Notes: generated from the letters alone by a model not told the origin. 16,135 nucleotides of DNA from Candidatus Micrarchaeota archaeon (GCA_964652335.1 CAZZDL010000002.1:17037-33171), one strand, 5' to 3'. Counted from the first letter of the stretch, positions 1-9,300 are shown. Numbers and translations: made by a program.

Positions 1-1056
1 CAAGAAGGGGGAATGATAAACTATTCTTCATCCCTAGCTAACAATGACTGGTTAAATTTCTTCTTCGCATTCACTCTGGGAAATCTATCAATAGATCGTT
101 GGATAACTACAGTGGAAAACGGAGACTTCCCAAATCCAAACTTCATGACACTGCCAGCAATTTCATGGAATCAATCATCACTTACCCTAGGCCCAGTTTC
201 AGCTGGTAGCAGTGACTCAAAGAACGTTACTCTAATAACAAAGGGGTGGCACTCAAATGTTAACATATCTGTAGTTTCTGGAAACGCCACTGCTGGTGGT
301 GGCTATTTCATAACTGCCAATCCAAATTTCTTCACATTGGCTCATGGAAATCTTAGCATAAATATATCCTGCAATCCTCCTGGTGGGCAAGCAGACGGGT
401 ATTACGAAGTAGTATTCAATGCTAGATCTGACAATAATCCAATAGGAGACAATATAACTGTGGGCTGCCAGGTAGGAGCCGCCATAGGAGCATTGAGCTG
501 GAGTCAAAGCAGCCTAGACCTAGGCAGTGTTTACCAAGCATACTCTGCAAATGAAACCGTAAACCTAGTGCCGTCTGGAGAAAATACTAATGTTGTAATC
601 CAAATGCTCTCAGGTAATGGTAGTTTCATAGAGCCAAATGTGACTGGATTCTCAAGCCTCTCATCTACTACGCCAATAAGATTCCAATGCAAGCCGTATC
701 CGTGGACAGAACCAGGAAATTATACAGCTGTATGGAACGCTAGATCAGATCAAGCTCCAGACGGAGATAACATCACTGTTTCATGCGAAGTGAAGAGAGG
801 AAAACAGATCGTTGTGGTGTACACAGATGGGACATGGGATATTTACCCGTTCAGCCTGGACAGCTGGCTAACCTCTGCAGATGACCAGGCTAGTTTTGCA
901 TATTCATGTGGAAGTACTGGAACAGCGTATGTGCATTATTACAATATAACCACAGATCCAAGTAAGATAGTTGACAAAGTAGTATTCAGTGATAATTCCA
1001 CAGAGTTAAACCAGATAACTGCAATAACACTAGAAAAGACGCCTGGCACGTACTAG
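1..1056 (+). CDS. Surface/secreted glycoprotein with two tandem Ig-like beta-sandwich repeats (probably 5'-truncated by the window edge)
   Basis: Frame is open from base 1 (caa gaa ggg gga atg). Two ~100-105 aa repeats (SWxQSSLxLGxV...C...Y..V.NARSD..P.GDNITV.C.V). About 16 N-x-S/T sequons; Ser/Thr/Gly/Asn-rich. Confidence 0.7.
   Translation, partial: QEGGMINYSSSLANNDWLNFFFAFTLGNLSIDRWITTVENGDFPNPNFMTLPAISWNQSSLTLGPVSAGSSDSKNVTLITKGWHSNVNISVVSGNATAGGGYFITANPNFFTLAHGNLSINISCNPPGGQADGYYEVVFNARSDNNPIGDNITVGCQVGAAIGALSWSQSSLDLGSVYQAYSANETVNLVPSGENTNVVIQMLSGNGSFIEPNVTGFSSLSSTTPIRFQCKPYPWTEPGNYTAVWNARSDQAPDGDNITVSCEVKRGKQIVVVYTDGTWDIYPFSLDSWLTSADDQASFAYSCGSTGTAYVHYYNITTDPSKIVDKVVFSDNSTELNQITAITLEKTPGTY
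160..792 (+). repeat. Internal tandem domain repeat (copy 1 about 160-474, copy 2 about 493-792)
   Basis: ISWNQSSLTLGPV...FNARSDNNPIGDNITVGCQV versus LSWSQSSLDLGSV...WNARSDQAPDGDNITVSCEV; each copy keeps a Cys pair. Confidence 0.85.
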
Positions 1057-1064
1057 GTGGTCTC

Positions 1065-1373
1065 ATGAGAATATTTATTGCACGTTCTATGATATCCAAG
1101 ATAATTGGCCTAATGTTTAAGAGAGATTTTGAAGATGTTTTGGTCATTGTAATGCCATTCAGTTCAAAGCTTAACGGGATACACACCTGCTTTATGAGAT
1201 TTCCAATAGATGTATATTTCCTTGACGAATCAGGCGAGCTAGTGGATAAAAGATTGAATGTAAAACCATGGAATATTGGAATTTATCCGTCCAGACCGGC
1301 AAAGTACGTAATTGAGGTTAAATCAGGGAAAAAGATTGATCTGGAGAAAATTAGAAAAGCAATAGGGATTTAA
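1065..1373 (+). CDS. DUF192 (UPF0127) family protein
   Basis: Motifs GLMF, IHTCFMRFPIDVYFLD, VKPW and AKYVIEV; RBS GGTGG upstream. The family is often found beside Tad/pilus genes. Confidence 0.9.
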   Translation: MRIFIARSMISKIIGLMFKRDFEDVLVIVMPFSSKLNGIHTCFMRFPIDVYFLDESGELVDKRLNVKPWNIGIYPSRPAKYVIEVKSGKKIDLEKIRKAIGI

Positions 1374-1387
1374 ATCTGAAAGTGCAA
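1366..1387 (+). repeat. 22-bp direct repeat, left copy (GGATTTAAATCTGAAAGTGCAA)
   Basis: Exact match to 1835-1856. Contains the DUF192 stop codon, the palindrome GATTTAAATC and a TATA-like TTTAAA at 1369-1374. Confidence 0.95.
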
Positions 1388-1397
1388 TAAAGATAAC

Positions 1398-1613
1398 ATG
1401 AAACTAAGCGCTATTGTTTGGAAAGAAGATGACATGTATATTGCGGAATGCCCAGAAGTAGGTACAGTTAGTCAGGGGAAATCTGTGGAAGAAGCGATAA
1501 AAAATCTCAAGGAAGCAACAGAGTTGTATCTAGAAGAATTCCCAATAAAAATGAAGACAAATCCTTTAATCACTTTATTTGATGTATCGGTGAAAGAAAG
1601 TGCAAAAACTTAA
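1398..1613 (+). CDS. hicB: HicB-like antitoxin (UPF0150 type, no C-terminal DNA-binding domain)
   Basis: YIAECPEVGTVSQGKSVEEAIKNLKEATELYLE matches the HicB partial RNase H fold; overlaps hicA. Confidence 0.9.
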   Translation: MKLSAIVWKEDDMYIAECPEVGTVSQGKSVEEAIKNLKEATELYLEEFPIKMKTNPLITLFDVSVKESAKT

Positions 1614-1842
1614 TCCTATTTCTGGAACTGATATGGTAAAAATATTATGCAAATTCTTCGGATTCAAAGTATCTGGAAGAAAGGGTAGCCATGTTAGATT
1701 AGTCAAAATAAAGGAAGACGGAGCTAAAATTGGTACTGTCGTTCCCATGCACAAAGAGCTAAAAATAGGTACAATAAAAGGAATTTTAAAATTAGCTCAA
1801 GTGGAAGAAAAAGAATTCATACAAAAGATGAAAAGGATTTAA
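1600..1842 (+). CDS. hicA: HicA family mRNA interferase toxin
   Basis: GTG start; FGFKVSGRKGSHVRL...VVPMHKELKIGTIKGILK with the GSH catalytic motif. Confidence 0.92.
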   Translation: MQKLNPISGTDMVKILCKFFGFKVSGRKGSHVRLVKIKEDGAKIGTVVPMHKELKIGTIKGILKLAQVEEKEFIQKMKRI

Positions 1843-1856
1843 ATCTGAAAGTGCAA
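1835..1856 (+). repeat. 22-bp direct repeat, right copy
   Basis: Identical to 1366-1387. Contains the hicA stop codon and TTTAAA at 1838-1843, upstream of the ATPase start. Confidence 0.95.
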
Positions 1857-1876
1857 AAAATGTAAGGGGGAGAGGG

Positions 1877-3517
1877 ATGTACTTAGAGAAAATTAAAAAA
1901 TGTACAGAATGTGGGCTTTGTATAGAGGCCTGCCCTCTTTCTAAGGATCCAAGGATAATGAATTGCAGGCATTGTCTAGACGCTCCCTGCAAAGAAGCAT
2001 GTAAGTACAATGCCTTCTATGAATCGTCTCCAGGGGTTTATGGGATAGACGCAAATTTATGTGTTGGTTGTGGAGATTGTGCAAAAGCCTGCCCCTACGA
2101 TGCTATAGTAATCGAGAATGGAATTGCGAAAAAGTGTGATCTCTGTTTAGACTGTGTGAGAGCATGCCCGCTCCAAGCGTTAAAGCTTGTAGAGAGCGAG
2201 GAAGAGATGCAGGAGAAAGAAGAAATACTCGGATGGAAGAGAATCAGAAAGGGGAAAGAAATTGGCATGTACTGGCCATCTATACAAGAAGCAAGATTGA
2301 TAAAAGATGTCCTTTCAATCTATTCTGACGCTGTTAAAGATCTAGATGTAGATATTGAGGAGATATTAGACAGAGTAACTGAAGAAGACAAGATAGAGTT
2401 AGAAGAAAACCAAAGGGAAGAAATAATCCGTCTTCTAAAAATGGAAATTGGGGAATTTTCAGTTGTGTCTCCACTGCTAGAAGATGAAAACCTTGAAGAA
2501 ATTGCAGTAATAGGGACTGATCCAATAAGAGTATTTCATAGGAAAAAAGGATGGCTAGAAACAAACATTGCATTCACAAGTATGGACAAAATCATTGAAC
2601 TGGCTAACAAAATGGCATCGTCACTAGATAGAAGATTAACTTTACAAGAGCCAAGGATAAACGCGGTCCTGCCTGATGGTTCAAGGTTGCATGCAGTCAT
2701 TCCCCCTGTAGTGAAAGAGCCAGTAATCACGATAAGAAAGTTTAGAAAAAAGCCTTTCTCCCCAAGAGAATTTATTGAGACGAAAACCATATCTGATGAA
2801 GCATTAGCATTGATCTGGATTCTAATGCAGGTAGACATGAATGTACTCATAGCCGGATCTACTGGATCTGGGAAAACAACTACACTAAATGGGATAATGG
2901 CTTTCATCCCAAAGCAGGAAAGAGTAATTGCAGTAGAAGAAACGCCAGAAGTCGTGCTCTTCCATCCTCACAGCGTTAGGCTGATTGTAAACAAGGATAG
3001 AGACATAGGGATGGCAGAACTCGTTGAAGACACATTAAGAATGAGGCCAGACAGAGTTATAGTCGGCGAGGTTAGGCACGTGGACGAGGTAAAAGCCTGG
3101 ATTGATACAACCCTAGCTGGTCAGGGGAAAGGAAGCCTTGCCACATTTCATGCGCTTAGTACTCAGGAGGCAATAAACAGGATAACTAGTATGGGAATTC
3201 CCAATACTGACCTATCTGCTCTGCAGTTGGTGTTAGTCCAAAGAAGATGGACTGATTACAAAACAGGACAGGAAGTCAGGAAAGTCACAGAAATATCTGA
3301 AATAGAATGGAATGAAAAAGTGAAAATAAGAAAATTATACGAATATAATTTTTCAAGGAAGAAACTTGTGAAGAAAAAGGGGAGCAAGCTATTTAGAAGA
3401 GCTTGTCAGGTGCTTGGCCTAAATAGAAAAACAGAACTGAAGAGAAGAACAAAATTTCTTCAAGGAACAGACAAAGACATATTCACTGCTTTTGATCAGA
3501 TATCTAAATTCAGGTGA
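1877..3517 (+). CDS. Type IV/Tad pilus assembly ATPase (CpaF/TadA/VirB11 family) with a fused N-terminal 4Fe-4S polyferredoxin domain
   Basis: Four Cys clusters in aa 9-97 (CTECGLCIEACP, CRHCLDAPCKEAC, CVGCGDCAKACP, CDLCLDCVRACP). ATPase motifs LPDGSRL, ITIRKF, Walker A GSTGSGKTT, Asp box VEETPE, LRMRPDRVIVGEVR, TFHA. Confidence 0.93.
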   Translation: MYLEKIKKCTECGLCIEACPLSKDPRIMNCRHCLDAPCKEACKYNAFYESSPGVYGIDANLCVGCGDCAKACPYDAIVIENGIAKKCDLCLDCVRACPLQALKLVESEEEMQEKEEILGWKRIRKGKEIGMYWPSIQEARLIKDVLSIYSDAVKDLDVDIEEILDRVTEEDKIELEENQREEIIRLLKMEIGEFSVVSPLLEDENLEEIAVIGTDPIRVFHRKKGWLETNIAFTSMDKIIELANKMASSLDRRLTLQEPRINAVLPDGSRLHAVIPPVVKEPVITIRKFRKKPFSPREFIETKTISDEALALIWILMQVDMNVLIAGSTGSGKTTTLNGIMAFIPKQERVIAVEETPEVVLFHPHSVRLIVNKDRDIGMAELVEDTLRMRPDRVIVGEVRHVDEVKAWIDTTLAGQGKGSLATFHALSTQEAINRITSMGIPNTDLSALQLVLVQRRWTDYKTGQEVRKVTEISEIEWNEKVKIRKLYEYNFSRKKLVKKKGSKLFRRACQVLGLNRKTELKRRTKFLQGTDKDIFTAFDQISKFR

Positions 3518-3521
3518 GAGT

Positions 3522-4202
3522 ATGATTGGTATAGTTGTGCTTATATCTGGGATAATTGCGTCCCACCTAGCTGGTGTATCTTACATAATTGGGTGTGCTC
3601 CTGGGATTGGAATAATTGCGTTCCAATATTATCTGAAAAAGTCTAGAGATGAGAAAATTAGGGGACGGATTGAAAAAGAGCTCCCAATGACTTTGAGGGA
3701 AATTGCCACGTCATTAGAAGCTAGTATAAGCCTGAATAAGGCTGTGGAAAACGTCGCTAAATCAAAGAGTGAAATTGGAGGTGAATTGAGAAAAGTGATA
3801 AAAGAACGTAATGCCGGTGTGCCGTTGCCCATTGCTTTGTCTAAATCTGCTGAGAGGATTGATTCTCCAGACTACTCAATGGCAATAAATCAATTGGTCC
3901 TCATATACAAATCAGGCCAGGGTGTAGAAAACCTAAGAAAGATTGCAAGAGGAATACAGACTAGACAGAGAATTGAAATGAAAAACTTCTCAGGGAAAAT
4001 GACAATGTATTCCCTAATACTAATAGGAGTGTCAAGTATTCTTCCAGCTTTGTTCCAGTCTTATCTAACAATAGGATCCATATTCATGAACATTGAATTA
4101 AAGCCCATAGAGGCTTTGCTTATACCTAGCATTGGATTTCCAATACTTGACCTAATGATAATACTAATGATAAGAATGAAAAAGCCTAGATTTGCGTGGT
4201 AG
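3522..4202 (+). CDS. TadB/TadC (T2SSF family) membrane platform protein 1
   Basis: Start moved to ATG 3522 (RBS GGTGAG). N-terminal TMs, IEKELPMTLREIATSLEASISL..A, GVPLPIAL, C-terminal TMs; follows the ATPase. Confidence 0.85.
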   Translation: MIGIVVLISGIIASHLAGVSYIIGCAPGIGIIAFQYYLKKSRDEKIRGRIEKELPMTLREIATSLEASISLNKAVENVAKSKSEIGGELRKVIKERNAGVPLPIALSKSAERIDSPDYSMAINQLVLIYKSGQGVENLRKIARGIQTRQRIEMKNFSGKMTMYSLILIGVSSILPALFQSYLTIGSIFMNIELKPIEALLIPSIGFPILDLMIILMIRMKKPRFAW

Positions 4203-4204
4203 CA

Positions 4205-4975
4205 ATGAACTGGCTAGAAGACCTGGAATATTCAGGATTTGGAGAGAGAAAACTAGAGTTTCTACTGGCTTGCCTAGCTTTATCTGGGCTTGGAGTATTT
4301 CATCCCCTCTTATCTTTAATCGGACCCGCAATGCTTGTCGGTCTTCCAGTCTTTCTAGCAGAGATGAAGAGAGCTAGACTGAAAAAAGAACTGCCTAGCA
4401 TAGCTTTAGAAATATCAACATTGTGGGGAATACTACCCATGGACGAAATACTAATTAGAGTAAAGAACAAGGAGTTGAATAAAGTTGGAAAGGCCATAAA
4501 AGCTGGTGTTCCTCCTATAAAGGCGTTTGAAGGAACGAGCAGAGAGCTGGATCCAATAGTCAAGCTATTGAAGAACGGCTACAAAACTGGCGGCGATATC
4601 AGCCTAGCAATGAGACACCTAGCCGAAGATCTGGCCGAAGAAGAGGGAATTAAAGAAGAGATAAACTCAAGTCTGTCTGTAGAAAAACTTACAATGATTG
4701 GAGGGACAATAGTGATACCGTTTGTCCTTGGGATAACGAATTCATTAGCTAGGTCCCTTGATTATTCTGGTTTATCAATTATAGGTAAAGGTACTATTGA
4801 AACAAGCAGAATGGCATTCATTGGCAACTCCATATATGTAATAGAATACGCAATAATAGCTGGACTGTACCTTGGGCTAGTGGAAGGAAACATGAAAAAG
4901 AGCTTATTATACTCTACAGCGCTTGCACTGGTGTCCTTTTTTATTTACAATATCGCCCTAGGGTTCAAGCCATAA
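4205..4975 (+). CDS. TadC/TadB-like (T2SSF family) membrane platform protein 2
   Basis: ATG just after the previous stop. LKKELP, AGVPPIKAF, GYKTGGDISLAMRHLAEDL; several TM helices. Confidence 0.75.
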   Translation: MNWLEDLEYSGFGERKLEFLLACLALSGLGVFHPLLSLIGPAMLVGLPVFLAEMKRARLKKELPSIALEISTLWGILPMDEILIRVKNKELNKVGKAIKAGVPPIKAFEGTSRELDPIVKLLKNGYKTGGDISLAMRHLAEDLAEEEGIKEEINSSLSVEKLTMIGGTIVIPFVLGITNSLARSLDYSGLSIIGKGTIETSRMAFIGNSIYVIEYAIIAGLYLGLVEGNMKKSLLYSTALALVSFFIYNIALGFKP

Positions 4976-4999
4976 AGACTAAATCTATCAACGAAACCA

Positions 5000-5007
5000 T
5001 TTTAAAA
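5000..5007 (+). promoter_or_regulatory. Putative TATA box for the PAC2 gene
   Basis: TTTTAAAA preceded by BRE-like CGAAA, roughly 20-30 nt upstream of the start. Confidence 0.5.
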
Positions 5008-5025
5008 TGTGAATAGATAATTAGG

Positions 5026-5763
5026 GTGATGATAGAGCTAAGGGTATTAGTTAAGAAAAATTTGAAGGGATACAAGCTTATAGAGGGTTTTCCGGGCATT
5101 GGCCTTGTAGGCGCTATAAGCGCAAGCTATCTAGCTGAGAAACTGAAAATGGAGCAGATAGCTTATTTATATTCAGAAAAATTCCCTCCAATGGCAAGCA
5201 TTCACAATGGTATCCCTACTTATCCTGTAAGGATGTATGCAGACCATAAAAATAAGATCGTTGTTTTGTATTCTGACTTTGTGATACCTGCAAACGCTGT
5301 CTACGAAGTGACCAACGAGATATTCTCATTTGTGAAGAAGTCTGGTATAAGCGAAATAATATCCCTCGCAGGCATGACATCCACATTCATAACTGAAGAG
5401 AAACAGATATTTGCCATAGCTACAGACGAAAAACTGAAAAAGAAGTTGGGGGCGTTTGGTATAAAATTTGTCCAGGAAGGTGTAACCACTGGTGTGTCCG
5501 GGATGCTACTGGCCAAATGTGCTATGGAAAAGATACCTGCGTTTAGCTTACTGGTAGAGTCTGCAGCTGGTTATCCAGATCCGGGTGCTGCTGCCCTGCT
5601 ACTGAAAAAGCTGGGAGAATACTTAGGCATAACCATAGAGACTAAGAGCTTGGAAGAGGAAGCTAAAAACATTCAAGAGAGGATTCAAAAGACCCTAGAA
5701 CAGATAAGAATGGGCAAGGCAAAGTATAAGCAAGCAGAGGAACATCTACCAATGTATGGGTAG
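5026..5763 (+). CDS. PAC2 family proteasome assembly chaperone (PbaA/PbaB-like)
   Basis: EGFPGIGLVG, GVSGMLL, YPDPGAAA motifs and a C-terminal HbYX motif (MYG). Start is GTG 5026 or ATG 5029. Confidence 0.92.
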   Translation: MMIELRVLVKKNLKGYKLIEGFPGIGLVGAISASYLAEKLKMEQIAYLYSEKFPPMASIHNGIPTYPVRMYADHKNKIVVLYSDFVIPANAVYEVTNEIFSFVKKSGISEIISLAGMTSTFITEEKQIFAIATDEKLKKKLGAFGIKFVQEGVTTGVSGMLLAKCAMEKIPAFSLLVESAAGYPDPGAAALLLKKLGEYLGITIETKSLEEEAKNIQERIQKTLEQIRMGKAKYKQAEEHLPMYG

Positions 5764-5801
5764 ATTTTTAAACCTGATTTGTATAATGAGTATGGGGTGG
5801 T

Positions 5802-6347
5802 ATGACTATGCTGAAGATTCAAGACTTTCATAGGCTAGTCTCTCCTAGGGTAACCGCTCTAGTCACTACAGTGGACGAGAAGGGGAGAGAAGACGTGTCA
5901 TCTTTCTCATGGATAACGCCCGTTAGCTTTGACCCTCCATTAATCGCATTAGCCATTGGACCAAACAAGCATTCCTACTGGAATATAACTAGAATAAATG
6001 AATTTGTGGTGAATATCCCAACAGAGAAAATGCTTGAAAAGGTGTGGATTGCTGGGAGCCCATGGGATCCCAAAGAATCAAAGATAGAAAAGGCCAAACT
6101 AAAAACTGCTCCTAGCGAAAAAGTTAGACCACCAAGGCTAACTGAATGCCCAATAAATATAGAGTGCATAGTTGAAAGTGCAAAAAAGGCAGGGGATCAT
6201 GTTATCGTCATTGGTAAGGTAGTGCATGTTCATGTAAAAGAAGACTATCTAGACGAGAGGGGAAATCCAAAGGTTGATGTTATAAGACCTCCTCTGCATA
6301 TAGCTGACAACATATTTGCATTCCCTTACGTGATCAAGAGCGTTTGA
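5802..6347 (+). CDS. Flavin reductase-like / flavoredoxin (DIM6/NTAB family)
   Basis: SWITPVSFDPPLIA, NEFVVNIP, PPRLTECPINIEC, GDHVIVIGKV. Confidence 0.92.
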   Translation: MTMLKIQDFHRLVSPRVTALVTTVDEKGREDVSSFSWITPVSFDPPLIALAIGPNKHSYWNITRINEFVVNIPTEKMLEKVWIAGSPWDPKESKIEKAKLKTAPSEKVRPPRLTECPINIECIVESAKKAGDHVIVIGKVVHVHVKEDYLDERGNPKVDVIRPPLHIADNIFAFPYVIKSV

Positions 6348-9300
6348 TCTCTTTTAACTTTAGGAAAACCAATGTTATGAAGACTGCCAGAGCTAGACTG
6401 TAAACTACTTCAAGGCCTTTAGGTATGGTTGGAACCATTGGTATAGATGGCTTCTTAGCCTCTCCTTCCCATGGCTTTGTCCCATGCTTGGCTGAAGGTT
6501 GTAGTATTGGCGGATCAGTGAGTCCGGTGATTGGATTGAATCCGTTTGTCTTAAACTCATTGTTCAGTTCTATTGGCTGGCCGTTTACGAATACGTAGTT
6601 GTTTGTGTCCGGATTGTATGAAATACTCCCTCCAGACCCCTTTATCCATGTTATCAATGCATCCTCAAGTAGTGTATTGCCTTTTCCATCCTTAACTGTC
6701 ATCAATGTTCTCCCTAATTGATCTACCTTTGTCTCTATGCTTCTCAACAAATACTGGTCTTCATGTGGTTTACCTTTTTCGTAAACCTTTATTGTTCCCG
6801 TGTCTTCATCCACTTCAACTTGGTCTCCGTCATAGGTCTCCTTCTTCCCATTGTATACCAAGTCAAAGAAGCTCTTGTTTCCTACCTTGTAGAATCTCCA
6901 TCCAGATGTCTCATTATCGCTTATCACTCCGTCTCCGTTTATGTCCTTTTGAGCTGAAACAGATGTTATTATTCCTAATTTATCTCCTCCTGGGATCCTA
7001 GTTATGCTACCGTTTAGCCCAAGTATGTTGCCTAGCTCGTCCATGCTTTCAAGCTGCTCACCTGTTGTGCTAACAAATGGTTTGCCCTTGGTCAATTCTC
7101 TCCACATCGCTCCGGATATCGGTAGCTTAAAGTATCTGGGTAGTATGTATATTCTATCCCCTTGCTTAACTATGGTTCCACCAGAGAAGACTGCTGACCT
7201 AAACGTGTGTGTCTCTTCTTTCCCTGTTCTCAAAGAGACAAAATGCACATTGCCTGTGGCGTCTAGGTAAACTGTCTCGTTGGTTTCGTCAAAGCTTCCA
7301 TCTGATCTATCAAACTCCAATCTGATGTTCCCTTCTATATCTGGGGATGGGTATATGCTCCCGTCGTCTAGATTTATGACTCTAAGCTTTCCAAACGATC
7401 TTTCCAGGTCTTCAAAATTGAGGGATTCAAACTTTGAAACTATTGAAGGATTGAATGTTATGTTTGACCCTGTGCTGTCAACAGAGAACACCGCGCATGT
7501 GCTTGAGCCAAGGTCAAAGTAAACTCCAGTATTTGGTATTATCATGGCTGGTAGTTCTGTGTCAACCCATTTGAATGGGATTAGATCGCTCTCTATACTT
7601 ATATTTCCATAATCCAGTCTGTTTCCTTGCAACTTGACGCACTTATCTATGTTCTTGTTGGCGTCAAGCCCACACATGGTAACTGGTAATGCAGATGCAA
7701 GCCAATCTATTGTAGCATCTAACAAATGCACATAATAGATATTTCTAAAGGCTAGTCTTCCTGTGGCATTCTCCATCTCTGCATGGATATTCATCTGCTC
7801 CTGCTCTATGTTAACGGGCGATGTCTGATTTTCAAATCCTTTAAAGAAGTCCTCTATCGGCAGTCCTTCTAATCCAGGAAGTCCTTTTACCTTCTTTGCC
7901 TTTTCTTGTTCCTCAAGTAGTACGTTTGGATCCATTATCTTTTGCCCTCCAACTATGATGAAGTTTCTCTCATTACAAGTAAGAAGCTCCTTCATGCATC
8001 TGTCTGTCTTCTCCATTTTGCCCTCAAAGAACTTTATGCCTCCTCCGGGTAGCGGGATGCCTCCCTCTAGGACTACTATATCTGCAATGCCCAGAGCAAA
8101 TGAGAGCGCGGGTAAAACTCCTGTTGCCCCTGTGTAGTCCAAAGCTACCTGGGTTGCTCCACTTGCGGTCAGCCACAGAGACATTGCACCTAATTCTCCT
8201 TCACATCTAGCCTCTACTTCTTCACAGCTAGGTCTTTCACATGTCCCTTGGGAGACACATGTCTCTAGGCTCTTCATGTCTGTGGTCTTTGCCACCATTA
8301 GGTCTCTTCCAGCTCCAAAGGCACCTCTAAATCCTGCAGAATACATGAATGCACCTATGCTCTTGCTAAGTCTAGGTATAGCAGGGAGTGTATGGAATAC
8401 TGTTCCAGCAGTAACCAAGCCTGTAAGGAATCCCCAGTCCCCTAGCTTCTGGGAGATTGCCCATGTCACTGGGAACATTTCTTTGACTGAATCTGGATTC
8501 CCGTATATGTAAGCATATATGTCTGCTCCAGATGTCTGCATTGCCACGGAAGATAGCATTGCTTTATTTCCAATCTCAACCATTGTTGATGGGTCCTCTG
8601 CTACTATTATTCCCTTCTGCTTCCAGTTCATGAATCTTAGTAAGTATCCTCCGTTCACCTTATCAATCCTAGTTATGCCAGTAGGTCTGCCTTCTTCTTC
8701 AACGGTTATTATCTTTTGATATGCGTTCGGATTGAAGTCGTACCCAAAGGCTAGGTAATCTCCAAGTTTAGAGTATTTACCAGCTAGGATAGGATCTGCT
8801 CCTATGCTAATCAAGAATTCACCAAGCTCCTGAGAACCTAATGGTCCAATTATGCCGGATGAGTACATTCCCTTTATTTGTGTGGGCGTCCCCTTGACTA
8901 TTACATAAGCCTGTTTGTCAAAGCTGTCTCCTGCTGTGTCTTTATTCCATTCAACAGTTATTCCAGGAGGAGATATCTCTAGATATCCATTTACCATTAC
9001 AAGCTCAGATATTAATTGAAGCCCGTAAGCCGTCAGGACTGCTGGTCTGACGACATAGTAGAGGGCTTTTAGATAACCTCTTGCAAATGCTCCCGGCAGC
9101 ATGGCAAGGTGTGTGTACAAGCCGCTTGTTATTGGGATCCCTGTTGGTTTGAAACCTAGCAATCTCCTAGCCCCGTTTATCGCGCCGCTTCTACCCTCTT
9201 GCAGAAGCTGCGCATGCATTGATACGACTTGTTTGTCCTCTGGGGCAGCAAGCCCAAGAACTCTTGCAAATGTTCTTTCTTTCCCGCCTATCATTGCTTT

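Larger units (their letters stand above)
1366..1856 (+). mobile_element. Putative minimal hicBA cassette bounded by direct repeats (469-bp repeat-to-repeat unit)
   Basis: Exact 22-bp repeats bracket only the TA pair; AT-richer than its neighbours by eye; no recombinase in the window. Confidence 0.6.

Noticed and set aside
1366..1856. CRISPR array or IS element interpretation of the 22-bp repeats
   Set aside because: Only two full copies 469 bp apart; no spacers, transposase or terminal inverted repeats.
3492..3521. TTG-start extension of the first platform gene
   Set aside because: ATG 3522 follows a GGTGAG RBS and the ATPase stop.
1877..4975. Archaellum (arlI/arlJ) assignment
   Set aside because: No archaellin, ArlH or ArlF/G seen; two short TadB/C-type genes fit a pilus better.
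253..6169. Short - strand ORFs and the 4192-4377 + ORF
   Set aside because: They overlap well-supported + strand genes and have no family features.
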